This document shows, piece by piece, positions 34,920-44,690 of a stretch of 64,000 nucleotides of DNA (positions are counted from its first letter, which is position 1; the number at the start of each line of letters is the position of its first letter). Under the pieces are notes generated by a model. It had not been told where the DNA came from and did no database searches. It saw only the letters and a program-made list of their open reading frames with translations. Position numbers and translations under genes: made by a program. The DNA comes from an uncultured Akkermansia sp. (GTDB taxonomy: Bacteria > Verrucomicrobiota > Verrucomicrobiia > Verrucomicrobiales > Akkermansiaceae): NCBI GenBank assembly GCA_947589295.1, contig CANQBZ010000005.1:1061-65060 (forward strand). The letters run 5' to 3'.

Positions 34920-35756
34920 TTACCAGCCGAGTTTCGCACGCAGACGTGCAGCATAGTCACTGCCCGGAAGAAAAAGTAGGCGCAGGCTCACTGGTGCTTT
35001 GCGAATGGTAAGCGCCGCATTCAACGGGATGGAATGCGTGGCCTGCCCATCTGTAGAATAGATGAGCGATTCTCCGGCACGGCCACGCCTCTCGCGTGGG
35101 TGCAGGGTAATTTCCACATCCTGTGGCAACACCACAGAGCGGTTGGTGAGGCTGTGCGGGCAGATGGGCGTGAGGCACATCACCTCCGCCGTGGGCCATA
35201 GCAATGGCCCACCTGCCGATAGCGAGTACGCGGTGGATCCGGTGGGTGTAGCCACCAGCACACCGTCAGCATGGTATCGGTTGAGCAGAGTACCATCCAG
35301 TTCCACATCCACATCAATCATTTTGCCGGTTTGCGCGCGCATGAGCGCCACTTCATTGAGTGCAAGGTGTGACTCTCCTTCCCCGTCCGCTCCCAAACCA
35401 CTCGGAGTAACTTGCAGCATAGAACGGTTCTCTACACGGTAAGCAGCCGTGGCGAACGACTCTGCCAATTCTCCTACCTGTTCGCACCCGCAAGCGCTTA
35501 AAAACCCCAAATGCCCCATATTTACTCCAGCAATGATGCTCCCTCGCCGAGCCGCCTGCTCAACGGCAGAGAGAATAGTGCCATCACCGCCTAGGCACAC
35601 GACAATGTCTGGCCATTCATTGCTGGAGGTGTTCTTGCCCAAGTCATATGCGCGAATGCTACGCTGTTCGCAGCATCGTAGCAACTGCTGCAATGTGCGC
35701 TGGAACACACTGCCGCGATGCGGCGCAAGAATGCCAATAGTGGGAACACCTGCCAT
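34920..35756 (-). CDS. nadK: NAD kinase
   Basis: DIVVCLGGDGTILSA...NMGHLGFL...ADGVLVATPTGSTAYSLSAGGP. Confidence 0.85.
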   Translation of the reverse strand: MAGVPTIGILAPHRGSVFQRTLQQLLRCCEQRSIRAYDLGKNTSSNEWPDIVVCLGGDGTILSAVEQAARRGSIIAGVNMGHLGFLSACGCEQVGELAESFATAAYRVENRSMLQVTPSGLGADGEGESHLALNEVALMRAQTGKMIDVDVELDGTLLNRYHADGVLVATPTGSTAYSLSAGGPLLWPTAEVMCLTPICPHSLTNRSVVLPQDVEITLHPRERRGRAGESLIYSTDGQATHSIPLNAALTIRKAPVSLRLLFLPGSDYAARLRAKLGW

Positions 35757-35768
35757 AGTCGAATATCC

Positions 35769-36677
35769 TCAACGCTGCTCGCGTACAATCTCGGTTCCCA
35801 CACCTTCGGGTGTAAAAATTTCCAGCAACATGGTGTGAGGCAAACGACCATCAATAAAGTGTACCTTCCGCACGCCTGCATTAAGTGCCTCTACAGCACT
35901 CTTGACTTTAGGTATCATGCCACCTGTAATGACGCCTTCTTCAATGAGTCGGAACGCTTCGCGTCGGTCAATGCTCTTGATGATACTGGTCTTATCCTGC
36001 TGGTCAGGCAGGATGCCAGGCACATCTGAGATATACACGAGCTTCACCGGCTTGAGTTCCTTAGCCAGAGCCGCAGCTGCCAAATCAGCATTCACGTTGA
36101 GCGACTGGTGCGTACCCAGCTCTCGAGCCAACGGCGATATCACAGGAATGAGCTGCAGAGAGAGCGCCTCCTCCACCCGCGAAAGCTGGCAACCTATCAC
36201 TCTCCCCACCATCCCCAAATCTACCGGTTTTCCCTGCTCATCTTTTTCGCGCAGTTTTTCACCCACAAAGACGCTGCTGCCCGGTATACCCACAGCCGAG
36301 CCGCCGTGCTCGCGTATCATTTCCACCAGTCCGGGGTTGATGCTACCCGTCAGGGTCTCTTCCACGATGCGAATGGCATTTTCCCCAGTAACGCGCAGCC
36401 CATTGATGAATTGAGCCTCCAGCCCTGCTTCGTTCATGGCCTTCGAGATGGCTTTACCTCCGCCATGAACCACCACCGGATTCATCCCCATGGATTCCAA
36501 TACCACAATATCACGCATTAACGACTTCACCAACTCTGGATCATCCATCGCCGACCCACCGAACTTGATGAGTATCGTTTTATCCCGATATGCCTGCATG
36601 TACGGCAAAGCTTCGATGAGAATATTTGCCTTGTGGATTTCCTGCTGTGGTTGCTCGACTTTGCGTATGGCAATCAT
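35769..36677 (-). CDS. argB: acetylglutamate kinase
   Basis: TILIKFGGSAMDD...NPVVVHGGG...INADLAAAALA. Confidence 0.9.
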   Translation of the reverse strand: MIAIRKVEQPQQEIHKANILIEALPYMQAYRDKTILIKFGGSAMDDPELVKSLMRDIVVLESMGMNPVVVHGGGKAISKAMNEAGLEAQFINGLRVTGENAIRIVEETLTGSINPGLVEMIREHGGSAVGIPGSSVFVGEKLREKDEQGKPVDLGMVGRVIGCQLSRVEEALSLQLIPVISPLARELGTHQSLNVNADLAAAALAKELKPVKLVYISDVPGILPDQQDKTSIIKSIDRREAFRLIEEGVITGGMIPKVKSAVEALNAGVRKVHFIDGRLPHTMLLEIFTPEGVGTEIVREQR

Positions 36678-36683
36678 AGTGAT

Positions 36684-37682
36684 TCAAATATAACGTTTGA
36701 TTCGAAAAATGACGAGCGGCAAAACTGCTGAAATGACCATCAGAATCAATGAAAGCCAGAAGCCCCACGGAGTCTCTAAAAACGGAATGTAGCGATAGTT
36801 CATCCCGAATATGCTTGCCACCAACGTAGGCGGCAAAAATACGATGGACGTGATGGTAAAGACCTTGACAATGTCATTCTGCTCAATATTGATGAGACCC
36901 AGAACCGCATCCAACATAAAGTTGATCTTGTTGGAGAGGAAAGAAGCATATTCCGCCAGCGAGTTCACATCGCGAGAGACAGGCCTCAGCGGCACGTATA
37001 AATTCTCATGCGCGCTCAGGCAAGAATCTTCATTGCCGGCAAAGGTGATCATACGCAGCAGGTTCACAAGCGCATCCCGCTGGCGAGTAATGAGGTCACC
37101 CACGCGTCCAAGCTCTTCCAGTGCATCGCGCAAATCCTCCGTATCAGGATCTTCCTGTTTCTCGCCTTTCCGCGTAGCGTGGTGAGTCCCAAACACTTTT
37201 TTGGAGAGTGCATCCAACACCGTACCAAAGCGTTCCAGCACATCTGCCTGACGATCCACAAGAGTCTCTAACAGGCCAATGAACACAAGGTCTCGGTTGG
37301 TGCTTTGTGCCCGAAGAAGAGTGTGGGAAAAAACGCGAAAGGAATATGAATCCGTATGGCGTATGGTGATAAGCACATTCTTCTTCAGAATGAAAGTAAT
37401 TTCGGCAATGATCGGATCATCCGTTTCTACCCGCGAAAGCAGGGTCGTGGTCATAAATCTCGCCCCGTCCTCACAGTATAAGCGCGACGTCGCCTCAATC
37501 TCACGCATCTCGTCCTTTGTGGGCATCTCCAAACCGCACAACTCCTCGACAAAGGAGAGTTCCTGCGCATCCGGAGTAAGCAAATCGACCCAAAAGATGT
37601 GATCCTCGTGGCTGCTCACCGGCTCATCCAGTCCGACCGTGCGGGAAATACCGTTGTTCGACTGTTTGTATACGCGTATCAT
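36684..37682 (-). CDS. corA: CorA-family magnesium/cobalt transporter
   Basis: The C-terminus has two TM helices and the GMN motif (IFGMNYRYIPF). Confidence 0.85.
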   Translation of the reverse strand: MIRVYKQSNNGISRTVGLDEPVSSHEDHIFWVDLLTPDAQELSFVEELCGLEMPTKDEMREIEATSRLYCEDGARFMTTTLLSRVETDDPIIAEITFILKKNVLITIRHTDSYSFRVFSHTLLRAQSTNRDLVFIGLLETLVDRQADVLERFGTVLDALSKKVFGTHHATRKGEKQEDPDTEDLRDALEELGRVGDLITRQRDALVNLLRMITFAGNEDSCLSAHENLYVPLRPVSRDVNSLAEYASFLSNKINFMLDAVLGLINIEQNDIVKVFTITSIVFLPPTLVASIFGMNYRYIPFLETPWGFWLSLILMVISAVLPLVIFRIKRYI

Positions 37683-37824
37683 GGTCCCGGTGTGCTTGTG
37701 GTTTGTCCGCTCCAGCCGCCTACACCACCCCCCCTGAGTTTAGCGCACTCATCTCCGAATTGCAAGCACAATCGCTCGCCATATTCTACTTGATTCTTTT
37801 GCCGCTTTCGTGTACCCTAGCGGC

Positions 37825-38664
37825 ATGAGTACCTATCTTTCACCTGCGAAGGTGAACCTCTCTCTGCGCATCAGAGGGAAAAGAGCGGATGGTTATCACG
37901 AGGTGGACATGCTGATGGCCAAACTTGACTTGGCTGACGAACTACACTTCCACAACTCGCGCACCACTACCCTGCTTTGCGATGATGATCATGTTCCCAC
38001 TGATGAAAGCAACCTAGTAATTCGTGCTATTTTGGAGTTCGAAAAGCACTACGGTCGTAAAGCCAAACAGCGTATTACGCTCACCAAGCGCATCCCTTGG
38101 GCGGCAGGTCTGGGTGGAGGTTCGTCCAACGCAGCGACAACTTTGCTGGCGGCCAATGAAATTCTGGGTACCCAATACACGCCCGATGAACTGGCGGAAA
38201 TGGCCGCTGCCATCGGCAGCGATATCCCTTTCTTCCTAAATCCCGTGCTTAGTCGCTGCCAGGGACGAGGCGAACGAGTTCGCCCCCTTGAGGCTTATGC
38301 CGAGTGGACTAGCCCTATTCTGCTGCTCAAGCCACAATTTGGCGTAAGCACACCTTGGGCATACGGGGCGTACGAAGTTGCCCGGCGCCTGCGGGGCGTG
38401 ATGTATGACGTGCAGACAGTGAATGGATTGCGGCTCAGCAACGATTTGGAACAACCAGTGTTTGCCAAGTTCCCTGTGCTCGCTTTGCTTAAGATGTGGC
38501 TTTTGGAGCAAGCAGGGGTGCAAGCCGCGCTTATGAGCGGCAGCGGATCCTGCATGTTTGCACTCACTGAGTCGGCTGAACATGCTCAACGCATTGCTGA
38601 TGATGCCAAGCAGCAATTTGATCCCACCCTTTTCGCCTATTGCGGCACTGTGAACCCGCAATGA
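37825..38664 (+). CDS. ispE: 4-diphosphocytidyl-2-C-methyl-D-erythritol kinase
   Basis: MSTYLSPAKVNLSLRI..GKRADGYHEV...IPWAAGLGGGSSNAA. Confidence 0.85.
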   Translation: MSTYLSPAKVNLSLRIRGKRADGYHEVDMLMAKLDLADELHFHNSRTTTLLCDDDHVPTDESNLVIRAILEFEKHYGRKAKQRITLTKRIPWAAGLGGGSSNAATTLLAANEILGTQYTPDELAEMAAAIGSDIPFFLNPVLSRCQGRGERVRPLEAYAEWTSPILLLKPQFGVSTPWAYGAYEVARRLRGVMYDVQTVNGLRLSNDLEQPVFAKFPVLALLKMWLLEQAGVQAALMSGSGSCMFALTESAEHAQRIADDAKQQFDPTLFAYCGTVNPQ

Positions 38665-39782
38665 ACAGTTCCCTCATGGATGACGCCGCCAATCGACACC
38701 TACTCGCTGTAGCAGAGGATCGGCTCAACGGCTTCCATGAGCAACCTTTCGCCGAGTTGGCCATTCGCTGTGGCATGCCTGAGCGGGAGGTACTGCACCG
38801 CCTGCACGATATGCTGCAGGGGGGACTTATCCGCAGTATCCGCCAAACCCTGCCCGGCAACGCCCTCACCCCCAGTTGTCTAGTAGCTTGGCAATTCCCA
38901 AATGCTTCCTCCCTTTTCGCCGCGTATGATTGGCTCATTGCTCACGACCCCTTCTCCGGACATGTCGTTATCCGCGAACCCGATGACTCGACGGCTCCTG
39001 GTGCCAATTTCCGACTCTGGACGACCTTGCGTCTCCCGGAACAGACCGATAGCCCCGCCACCCATTGCCGCATCCTCGCGCATCGTACCGGCGCGCTGCA
39101 TTACGTACTCATGCCCGTGGTGGGCATGTTTCGCCTCAGCGTGGGGCATATGCGCCGCGCAGGTCTACCTCCCGGCACGCTAGACGACACCGCGCCTCCC
39201 ATGCAGAGGCCTGCCAGCCCGGCGATCAACGAGCAACAGCAGCGCGTACTGAACAGCCTTCGTCCACCCCTGCAACTCTCCGAGCTTTTACCCGGCTGCG
39301 CTGTCTGGCAGGGGCGTGCGGACGCCATCGGCATGTCCTTGCAAACTTATCTGAACTGCGCGCACCACCTCGCCCAACTCGGAGTAATCGGTCGCTTTGC
39401 CGTCATTCTTAATCACACTCACCCTACTGCCCAAAGCGTCGCTGGCATTACTGAGGCGGCTTTGCTCATGTGGTCGGTGCCTCACGGAATGGAAGAAGAA
39501 GCCGGCAGCCTGTGCGCACGTCATGTCTGCATGACCCATTGCTACTACCGCAGTGGTGCAGTTCCATTCGGCAACCCCCAAATCATGGGAATGGTACACG
39601 GCAACTCACGTCGCACTGTTCGTTCCCACAAGCAAGCCATTGATTCCGCCCTCACTGCTGCGGGCATTTCCCCCATTGCTTCGCAGATACACTGGACGCA
39701 GCGCGCTACAATTCGCCCCTCGCTGCAAGACGTGGAAGCTTACCGGCGCTGGCTCTCGATTTATGCGCCTCCCATTGATTGA
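38661..39782 (+). CDS. fused AsnC-like NirD/NirL/AhbA-AhbB-type protein (siroheme decarboxylase-like)
   Basis: Two tandem halves. The second has LMWSVP...VCMTHCYYR...IMGMVHG, matching the (V/M)W.VP...V(S/T)HCY.R...M.H pattern of NirD/AhbAB as I recall it. The first half is more degenerate. Its ATG overlaps the ispE stop (ATGA). Confidence 0.5.
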   Translation: MNSSLMDDAANRHLLAVAEDRLNGFHEQPFAELAIRCGMPEREVLHRLHDMLQGGLIRSIRQTLPGNALTPSCLVAWQFPNASSLFAAYDWLIAHDPFSGHVVIREPDDSTAPGANFRLWTTLRLPEQTDSPATHCRILAHRTGALHYVLMPVVGMFRLSVGHMRRAGLPPGTLDDTAPPMQRPASPAINEQQQRVLNSLRPPLQLSELLPGCAVWQGRADAIGMSLQTYLNCAHHLAQLGVIGRFAVILNHTHPTAQSVAGITEAALLMWSVPHGMEEEAGSLCARHVCMTHCYYRSGAVPFGNPQIMGMVHGNSRRTVRSHKQAIDSALTAAGISPIASQIHWTQRATIRPSLQDVEAYRRWLSIYAPPID

Positions 39783-39932
39783 TGTGTCGCTGTGCAACTG
39801 TGCTGTAAACTCGTCCTCGGAAGCTATTTCACCCCCGAAACACAGGCGACCATGCATCTTCTTCTTCCTTTTATTCGTGCGGTATTTGAACGAAGCGCAT
39901 GCACGAAATCGCATCGCTTCCAAAAATTTTAC

Positions 39933-39960
39933 TTGCCAAATGCGCCGGGGAGCATATAAT
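39933..39960 (+). promoter_or_regulatory. sigma70-like promoter for rpmI-rplT
   Basis: TTGCCA (39933-38), 16-nt spacer, TATAAT (39955-60). The ATG is only 10 nt downstream, so the mRNA would be nearly leaderless. Confidence 0.35.
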
Positions 39961-39969
39961 TCTCCCGCC

Positions 39970-40179
39970 ATGACCCGCAAAGGTGGTATCAATAAGACAC
40001 GTAAGGCTGTTGCCAAGCGTTTCAAGGTAACCGGCACGGGCAAGGTTCTGCGCCGCAAGCAGGGCAAACGTCATATCTTGCAGAAGAAATCCAGCAAGAG
40101 AAAACGTGCGCTCGGCAAGCCCGCCTTGGTGGACGACACTCAGGTGTGGGCCATCAAGCAGAACATGCCTTTCGCCTGA
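39970..40179 (+). CDS. rpmI: 50S ribosomal protein L35
   Basis: MTRKGGINKTRKAVAKRFKVTGTGKVLRRKQGKRHILQKKSSKRKR.... These are the last 69 codons of track ORF 39553..40179. Confidence 0.85.
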   Translation: MTRKGGINKTRKAVAKRFKVTGTGKVLRRKQGKRHILQKKSSKRKRALGKPALVDDTQVWAIKQNMPFA

Positions 40180-40329
40180 AGCCGAAGAAACTTCGCGCTA
40201 CAGTCGGAGCTTCCATCCGCTGATCGGGTGGCCTTCGTGCAGCCTTCCTTCCCTTGTGAAGGAGCAACGAGCGAGACTGCAAGGAGGTGAGGAAGAACAG
40301 CTCGTTCCATCATATAGAAACGACAATCT

Positions 40330-40707
40330 ATGGCACGTGCTACAAATGGGCCGGCTTCTCGCGCCCGCCGCAAGCGCATCCTGCAACGCGCCAAGGGTTT
40401 CCGCGGCTTCCGCAGCAAACTCTTCCGCTACGCCAAGGATGCTGTGTACAAAGCATGGCAGTACGAGTACCGCGATCGCAAGAGACGTAAAGGGCAATTT
40501 CGCCGTCTCTGGACAGCTCGCATCTCCGCAGCCGTGCGCCCGCTAGGCCTGACTTATTCCCGCTTCATGGAGGGACTCAAGCAGGCTGGTGTGGAGCTGG
40601 ATCGCAAGTCTCTTTCCGAGCTGGCCATTGCCAACCCGGAAGCTTTCAAGGCAGTTTTTGAACTCGCCAAGAAAGCGCTGGACGACAAAGCTTCCGCCAA
40701 CGCGTAA
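40330..40707 (+). CDS. rplT: 50S ribosomal protein L20
   Basis: MARATNGPASRARRKRILQRAKGFRG.RSKLFR.AKDAVYKAWQYEYRDRKRRK..FRRLW.ARI. Confidence 0.9.
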   Translation: MARATNGPASRARRKRILQRAKGFRGFRSKLFRYAKDAVYKAWQYEYRDRKRRKGQFRRLWTARISAAVRPLGLTYSRFMEGLKQAGVELDRKSLSELAIANPEAFKAVFELAKKALDDKASANA

Positions 40708-40723
40708 AATATAACTTCAAAAG

Positions 40724-40760
40724 AAGGCTCCTTCCTGTCATGTGCGGGAAGGAGCCTTTT
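40724..40760. terminator. bidirectional intrinsic terminator after rplT
   Basis: 12-bp stem AAGGCTCCTTCC / GGAAGGAGCCTT (40724-40735 pairs with 40747-40758), then TTTT. Confidence 0.7.
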
Positions 40761-40778
40761 GCATACTTTGGCGCAAAA

Positions 40779-41624
40779 TTACTTCAATTTGTTGTATTCC
40801 GCATCGGTGACGGGTTCAAGCCACTCATTGGAGGTGTCCTCACCATCAATTTCCACGGCAATGTGAGAGAACCATGAATCGGGCGCGGCGCCATGCCAGT
40901 GCTTCACATTGGCAGGAATGTGAATAACCGTGCCTTCACGAATTTCCACAGGTTCCTTGCCCCACTCCTGGTAATATCCTCGCCCGCCAATGCCGATGAG
41001 CATCTGCCCACCGCCCTTCTTAGCGTGGTGTATGTGCCAATTGTTGCGGCAGCGTGGCTCAAAAGTCACATTAAACATCTTGACCTGCTCGCCGGAAATA
41101 GGAGCCAGGTAACTCCGCCCGATGAAGTATTGAGCAAAGGCGCTATTGGGCTCACCAATGGGGAAAAGAAGCCGTGCGGCATGCTGCGCCTTAGCGTCTG
41201 CAGCGGGGTCTGCTGTCTCGCTCCACACCTCTTTAGCCAAACGGAAGACAGCCCACGCCTTGGGCCACCCGGCATAAAACGCCACGTGAGTGATGACGGC
41301 GGCTATTTCTGCTTTCGTGACGCCATGCCTCTTCGCATTCTGCAGATGATGCACCAACGAGCTGTCCGTGATTCCCTGACTCATGAGCGCCACTACAGTG
41401 ATGATAGAGCGCGTCTTCACATCAATGTCCTCATTATTCCAATTTTCACCGAAGAGCACATCATCGTTGAAATGGGCAAACTGCGGAGCAAAACCGCCGA
41501 GCTGCTCGCGTCCGGCGGTCTGGGTAATTTTTTCTTTCATGTTTTTTTCCTGAGTGTAGGCTACGCATGGCAACATGGCAATTGCCGCTGCCAGGATGAC
41601 TGTTTGCTTGCTGATCATATTCAT
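40779..41624 (-). CDS. secreted carboxymuconolactone decarboxylase (AhpD-like) domain fused to a cupin domain
   Basis: Signal peptide. CMD block is KTRSIITVVALMSQG...GVTKAEIAAVITHVAFYAGWPKAW. Cupin block is NNWHIHHAKKGGGQMLIGIGGRGYYQEWG...IPANVKHWHGA. Confidence 0.7.
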   Translation of the reverse strand: MNMISKQTVILAAAIAMLPCVAYTQEKNMKEKITQTAGREQLGGFAPQFAHFNDDVLFGENWNNEDIDVKTRSIITVVALMSQGITDSSLVHHLQNAKRHGVTKAEIAAVITHVAFYAGWPKAWAVFRLAKEVWSETADPAADAKAQHAARLLFPIGEPNSAFAQYFIGRSYLAPISGEQVKMFNVTFEPRCRNNWHIHHAKKGGGQMLIGIGGRGYYQEWGKEPVEIREGTVIHIPANVKHWHGAAPDSWFSHIAVEIDGEDTSNEWLEPVTDAEYNKLK

Positions 41625-41626
41625 CT

Positions 41627-42808
41627 TTAACGGTACGATGCCTGATAAATGGCCACGCAGTCTTCAATACTGAGCGGCAGCGGGTCATGTTCAAAAAGCC
41701 AACCCATGGCGCTCTTTGCATTGTGCGCCATCGTTTCAAACTCATCCGGACTGATGCCGTAGTCGCTCATCTTCAGGTCTGCCACTCCGCATGCCTCCTG
41801 CAGAGCTTTCAAAGCCGTCAAAAAGTCCTCCGGCTTCTCGGCCGTCTGCATTCCCAGCGCCTGCGCCATGCGAACAAAACGCTCTGCCTGCGCACCGCGA
41901 TCAATGAAATGCTTATAATAGGCGAGTGAAATCATGATGAGGCCTGCGCCATGAGGCAACTCTTGGTGGTAAGCGGACAACGCATGCTCCAGCGAGTGCT
42001 CGCTCGTGCAGGTGCCTACCACCATCTGCACCCCGGATAGCCAGTTGCCGAAAGCCACACGTTCGCGATCCGGCAGTGATTGGCCATCTCGCACCGTGGC
42101 GGCCAGGTGCTTGCCCACATTCTCAATGGCAGTAATCGCCACCATGTCGCTGATAAGGTTGGCGGTGGAGGCAATGTAGCCTTCTGTACTGTGAAAGAGA
42201 GCGTCAAAGCCCTGGTAGGCGGTAAACTTCGATGGCACAGACAACATGAGTTCCGGATCCACAATGGCTAGCTTCGGGAAAAGATCATGGCCAAAGATGG
42301 CTGTTTTTTCATGTGTTTCGGGGTTGGTAATCACTCCGCCGGAATCCGTCTCCGACCCCGTGCCGGCCGTCGTTGTGACAGCAATGATAGGCAATGGCGT
42401 ATTGACAATGGGTTTACCCTTGCCCGTGCCCGGCACAATGTAGTCCCACAAGTCCCCACCATTCGTGGCCATCACCGCCATGCCTTTGGCCGCATCCATG
42501 CAGCTCCCGCCACCAAGGGCTACAATAAAATCACATCCATTGTCCCGCGCAAAGCGCCCTCCTTCCTCCACCGTGGCTTTCAGTGGGTTGGCCTGTACTT
42601 TGTCAAAGACCACACTTTCTACCCCTGCAAGCTTGAGCTGCTCCACCGTGCGATCCAAGTAACCATTTGTTCGAGTAGACTTGCCATTGGATATCACCAC
42701 CATGGCTTTTTTGCCCGGCATCGGCTGCTCATGCAATTCATTCAACACCCCCGCGCCAAACATCGTGCGTGTGGGGACATCAAAGCTGTATCGTGTCTTC
42801 GTTTTCAT
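41627..42808 (-). CDS. iron-containing alcohol dehydrogenase
   Basis: From ATG 42808: FDVPTRTMFGAGVLNEL...ALGGGSCMDAAKG...EHSLEHALSAYH. Confidence 0.85.
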   Translation of the reverse strand: MKTKTRYSFDVPTRTMFGAGVLNELHEQPMPGKKAMVVISNGKSTRTNGYLDRTVEQLKLAGVESVVFDKVQANPLKATVEEGGRFARDNGCDFIVALGGGSCMDAAKGMAVMATNGGDLWDYIVPGTGKGKPIVNTPLPIIAVTTTAGTGSETDSGGVITNPETHEKTAIFGHDLFPKLAIVDPELMLSVPSKFTAYQGFDALFHSTEGYIASTANLISDMVAITAIENVGKHLAATVRDGQSLPDRERVAFGNWLSGVQMVVGTCTSEHSLEHALSAYHQELPHGAGLIMISLAYYKHFIDRGAQAERFVRMAQALGMQTAEKPEDFLTALKALQEACGVADLKMSDYGISPDEFETMAHNAKSAMGWLFEHDPLPLSIEDCVAIYQASYR

Positions 42809-42948
42809 ACGCTTCGCATTATACAGCTTCATGCAGCTCGAAGTCAAGACTTGCCGCGCCTCACTAACTGGTCATGCCATCCTTGTATCGCATCTCTTTT
42901 GTTTTCTTTTGACTTGAATTGCGGGCAAGCGCAGGGTAGAATCCCAAC

Positions 42949-43731
42949 ATGTCACAGATACATCCGACAGCGATTGTCGATCCAACGGCAGAAATAGGAG
43001 AAGACGTGATCATTGGCCCGTATTGCGTGGTGGGCGAACATGTCAAGTTGGGGAAAGGCTGTGTACTGCACAGCCACGTGGTGCTGGGCGGGCCATCCAC
43101 TTTTGGGGAACGTAATGAGTTTTTCCCATTTGCGGTCATCGGTCTGAAATCTCAGGACCTCAAGTACAAAGGTGAGCCCACTTACTTGGAAGTAGGCAAT
43201 GACAATGTCTTCCGCGAGAACAGCAACATTAATCGCTCTACATCCCCGGAAACTAAAACCATTATTGGCAATAATAACCATTTCCTCATTAACAGCCACT
43301 GCGGACACGAGTGTGTGGTGGGTAATCACTGCATCTTCTCCGGTTACGCTGGAGTCGCCGGACACTGCCACATCAATGATTGGGCTATCATTGGCGGGTT
43401 TGCCGCACTCCACCAGTTCGTGCGCGTGGGAGAGCACGCCATGGTAGGAGGCTGCGCGCGCGTTTCACAAGACGTGCCGCCCTACATGATTGCGGAAGGG
43501 TTTCCTGCAGCTGTGCGCGCGGTGAACAGCATCGGCCTGCAACGTCGCGGGGTATCGGAGGACGATGTGCGCGCCATCAAGTTCGCCTACAAAAAACTCT
43601 TCCTGCACAAGGGAGATAACATTGAAGAAGGCATCGCCACGATCACGGCTGACGAGACGTACGGCAGCAACCCGTATGTGACCAATCTGCTGCGCTTCCT
43701 CAAGGAAACTGAACGCGGCTTTATCCACTGA
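42949..43731 (+). CDS. lpxA: acyl-ACP--UDP-N-acetylglucosamine O-acyltransferase
   Basis: MSQIHPTAIVDPTAEIGEDVIIGPYCVVGEHVKLG... hexapeptide repeats, and a C-terminal helical domain with GLQRRG. Confidence 0.9.
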   Translation: MSQIHPTAIVDPTAEIGEDVIIGPYCVVGEHVKLGKGCVLHSHVVLGGPSTFGERNEFFPFAVIGLKSQDLKYKGEPTYLEVGNDNVFRENSNINRSTSPETKTIIGNNNHFLINSHCGHECVVGNHCIFSGYAGVAGHCHINDWAIIGGFAALHQFVRVGEHAMVGGCARVSQDVPPYMIAEGFPAAVRAVNSIGLQRRGVSEDDVRAIKFAYKKLFLHKGDNIEEGIATITADETYGSNPYVTNLLRFLKETERGFIH

Positions 43732-44402
43732 TGAAGGCGGCAATCGTATTTGACCTAGACGGCACTCTGGTGCATTCCATGCCCGGCATTGCGGTAGGAC
43801 TGAATCGCGCGCTTGACTGCATGGGACGCCGCGCCCTCACACAGGAACGAGTAGCCAACATTATCGGCTGCGGCGTGAGAAATCTCTGCTCTCACGCACT
43901 GGGGTACGATGATGAAGCGACCGCCCCCACTGAGCTGGTGGATGAGCTGATTGCGCATTTTCGACGCGAGTACTCAGTCTGCTGGCGACAACAAGCCCCG
44001 CAACCCTATCCCGGCATCGCTGAACTCATCGCCGAACTTTCCGGCACCGGGGCGCATCTGGCTGTCCTCTCCAACAAGCAACATGAAATTACTCACGACA
44101 TGGTGCGTGATATCTTTGGGGACCACGTTTTTGCTCCTATTATCGGGCACACTGGAGAATTTCCCCGCAAGCCTGCGCCAGACGCCCTGCTGCACATCGC
44201 CAAGCTTTGGGGCATTCCCCAGCAGCAGCTCACCATGGTAGGCGATTCCCTCACCGATGCTGCTACAGCTCGTGCCGCTAACGCGCGACTCATTCTCGTA
44301 GATTGGGGTTACTCGCAGGGGAAGGACCTTTCGACAGTCGGCTGCCCCCTTGTCCACACAGCTGCCGAACTACGTTTTTTGCTGACTCGGCAAGCATCGT
44401 AA
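43731..44402 (+). CDS. HAD-family phosphatase (phosphoglycolate phosphatase-like)
   Basis: AIVFDLDGTLVHS...VLSNK...MVGDSLTDAATA. The start overlaps the lpxA stop by 1 nt. Confidence 0.75.
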   Translation: MKAAIVFDLDGTLVHSMPGIAVGLNRALDCMGRRALTQERVANIIGCGVRNLCSHALGYDDEATAPTELVDELIAHFRREYSVCWRQQAPQPYPGIAELIAELSGTGAHLAVLSNKQHEITHDMVRDIFGDHVFAPIIGHTGEFPRKPAPDALLHIAKLWGIPQQQLTMVGDSLTDAATARAANARLILVDWGYSQGKDLSTVGCPLVHTAAELRFLLTRQAS

Positions 44403-44690
44403 ACGCCATTTTCGGATTGTTGCAGCGGCCATGCGGGAGAGTTTCCCGATCGTCTATTGATACCGCAAACGTGGGGAAGAGGAGGACAAACGGAGAGCGT
44501 CCAGGCCGCGGAAAAAACGCTACGAGAACTGGCCGAACAGGCCGATCGTTTGACGAAAGACGTTCAATACACGCAGCAACCGGAAAAAGTGATGCTAGTA
44601 ACGCAGCGCGTTCTGCAAGGATTCAAAAAACAAAAGAGGCCAACAAAAAGCCCCGTGACAAATGAGGCCTCAGGCATCCCTTGCATGAAC

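Noticed and set aside
39553-39969. The upstream 139 codons of the 208-aa ORF that ends as L35
   Set aside because: This part overlaps the 3' end of the preceding gene and a promoter-like TTGCCA-N16-TATAAT. Only the last 69 codons match L35.
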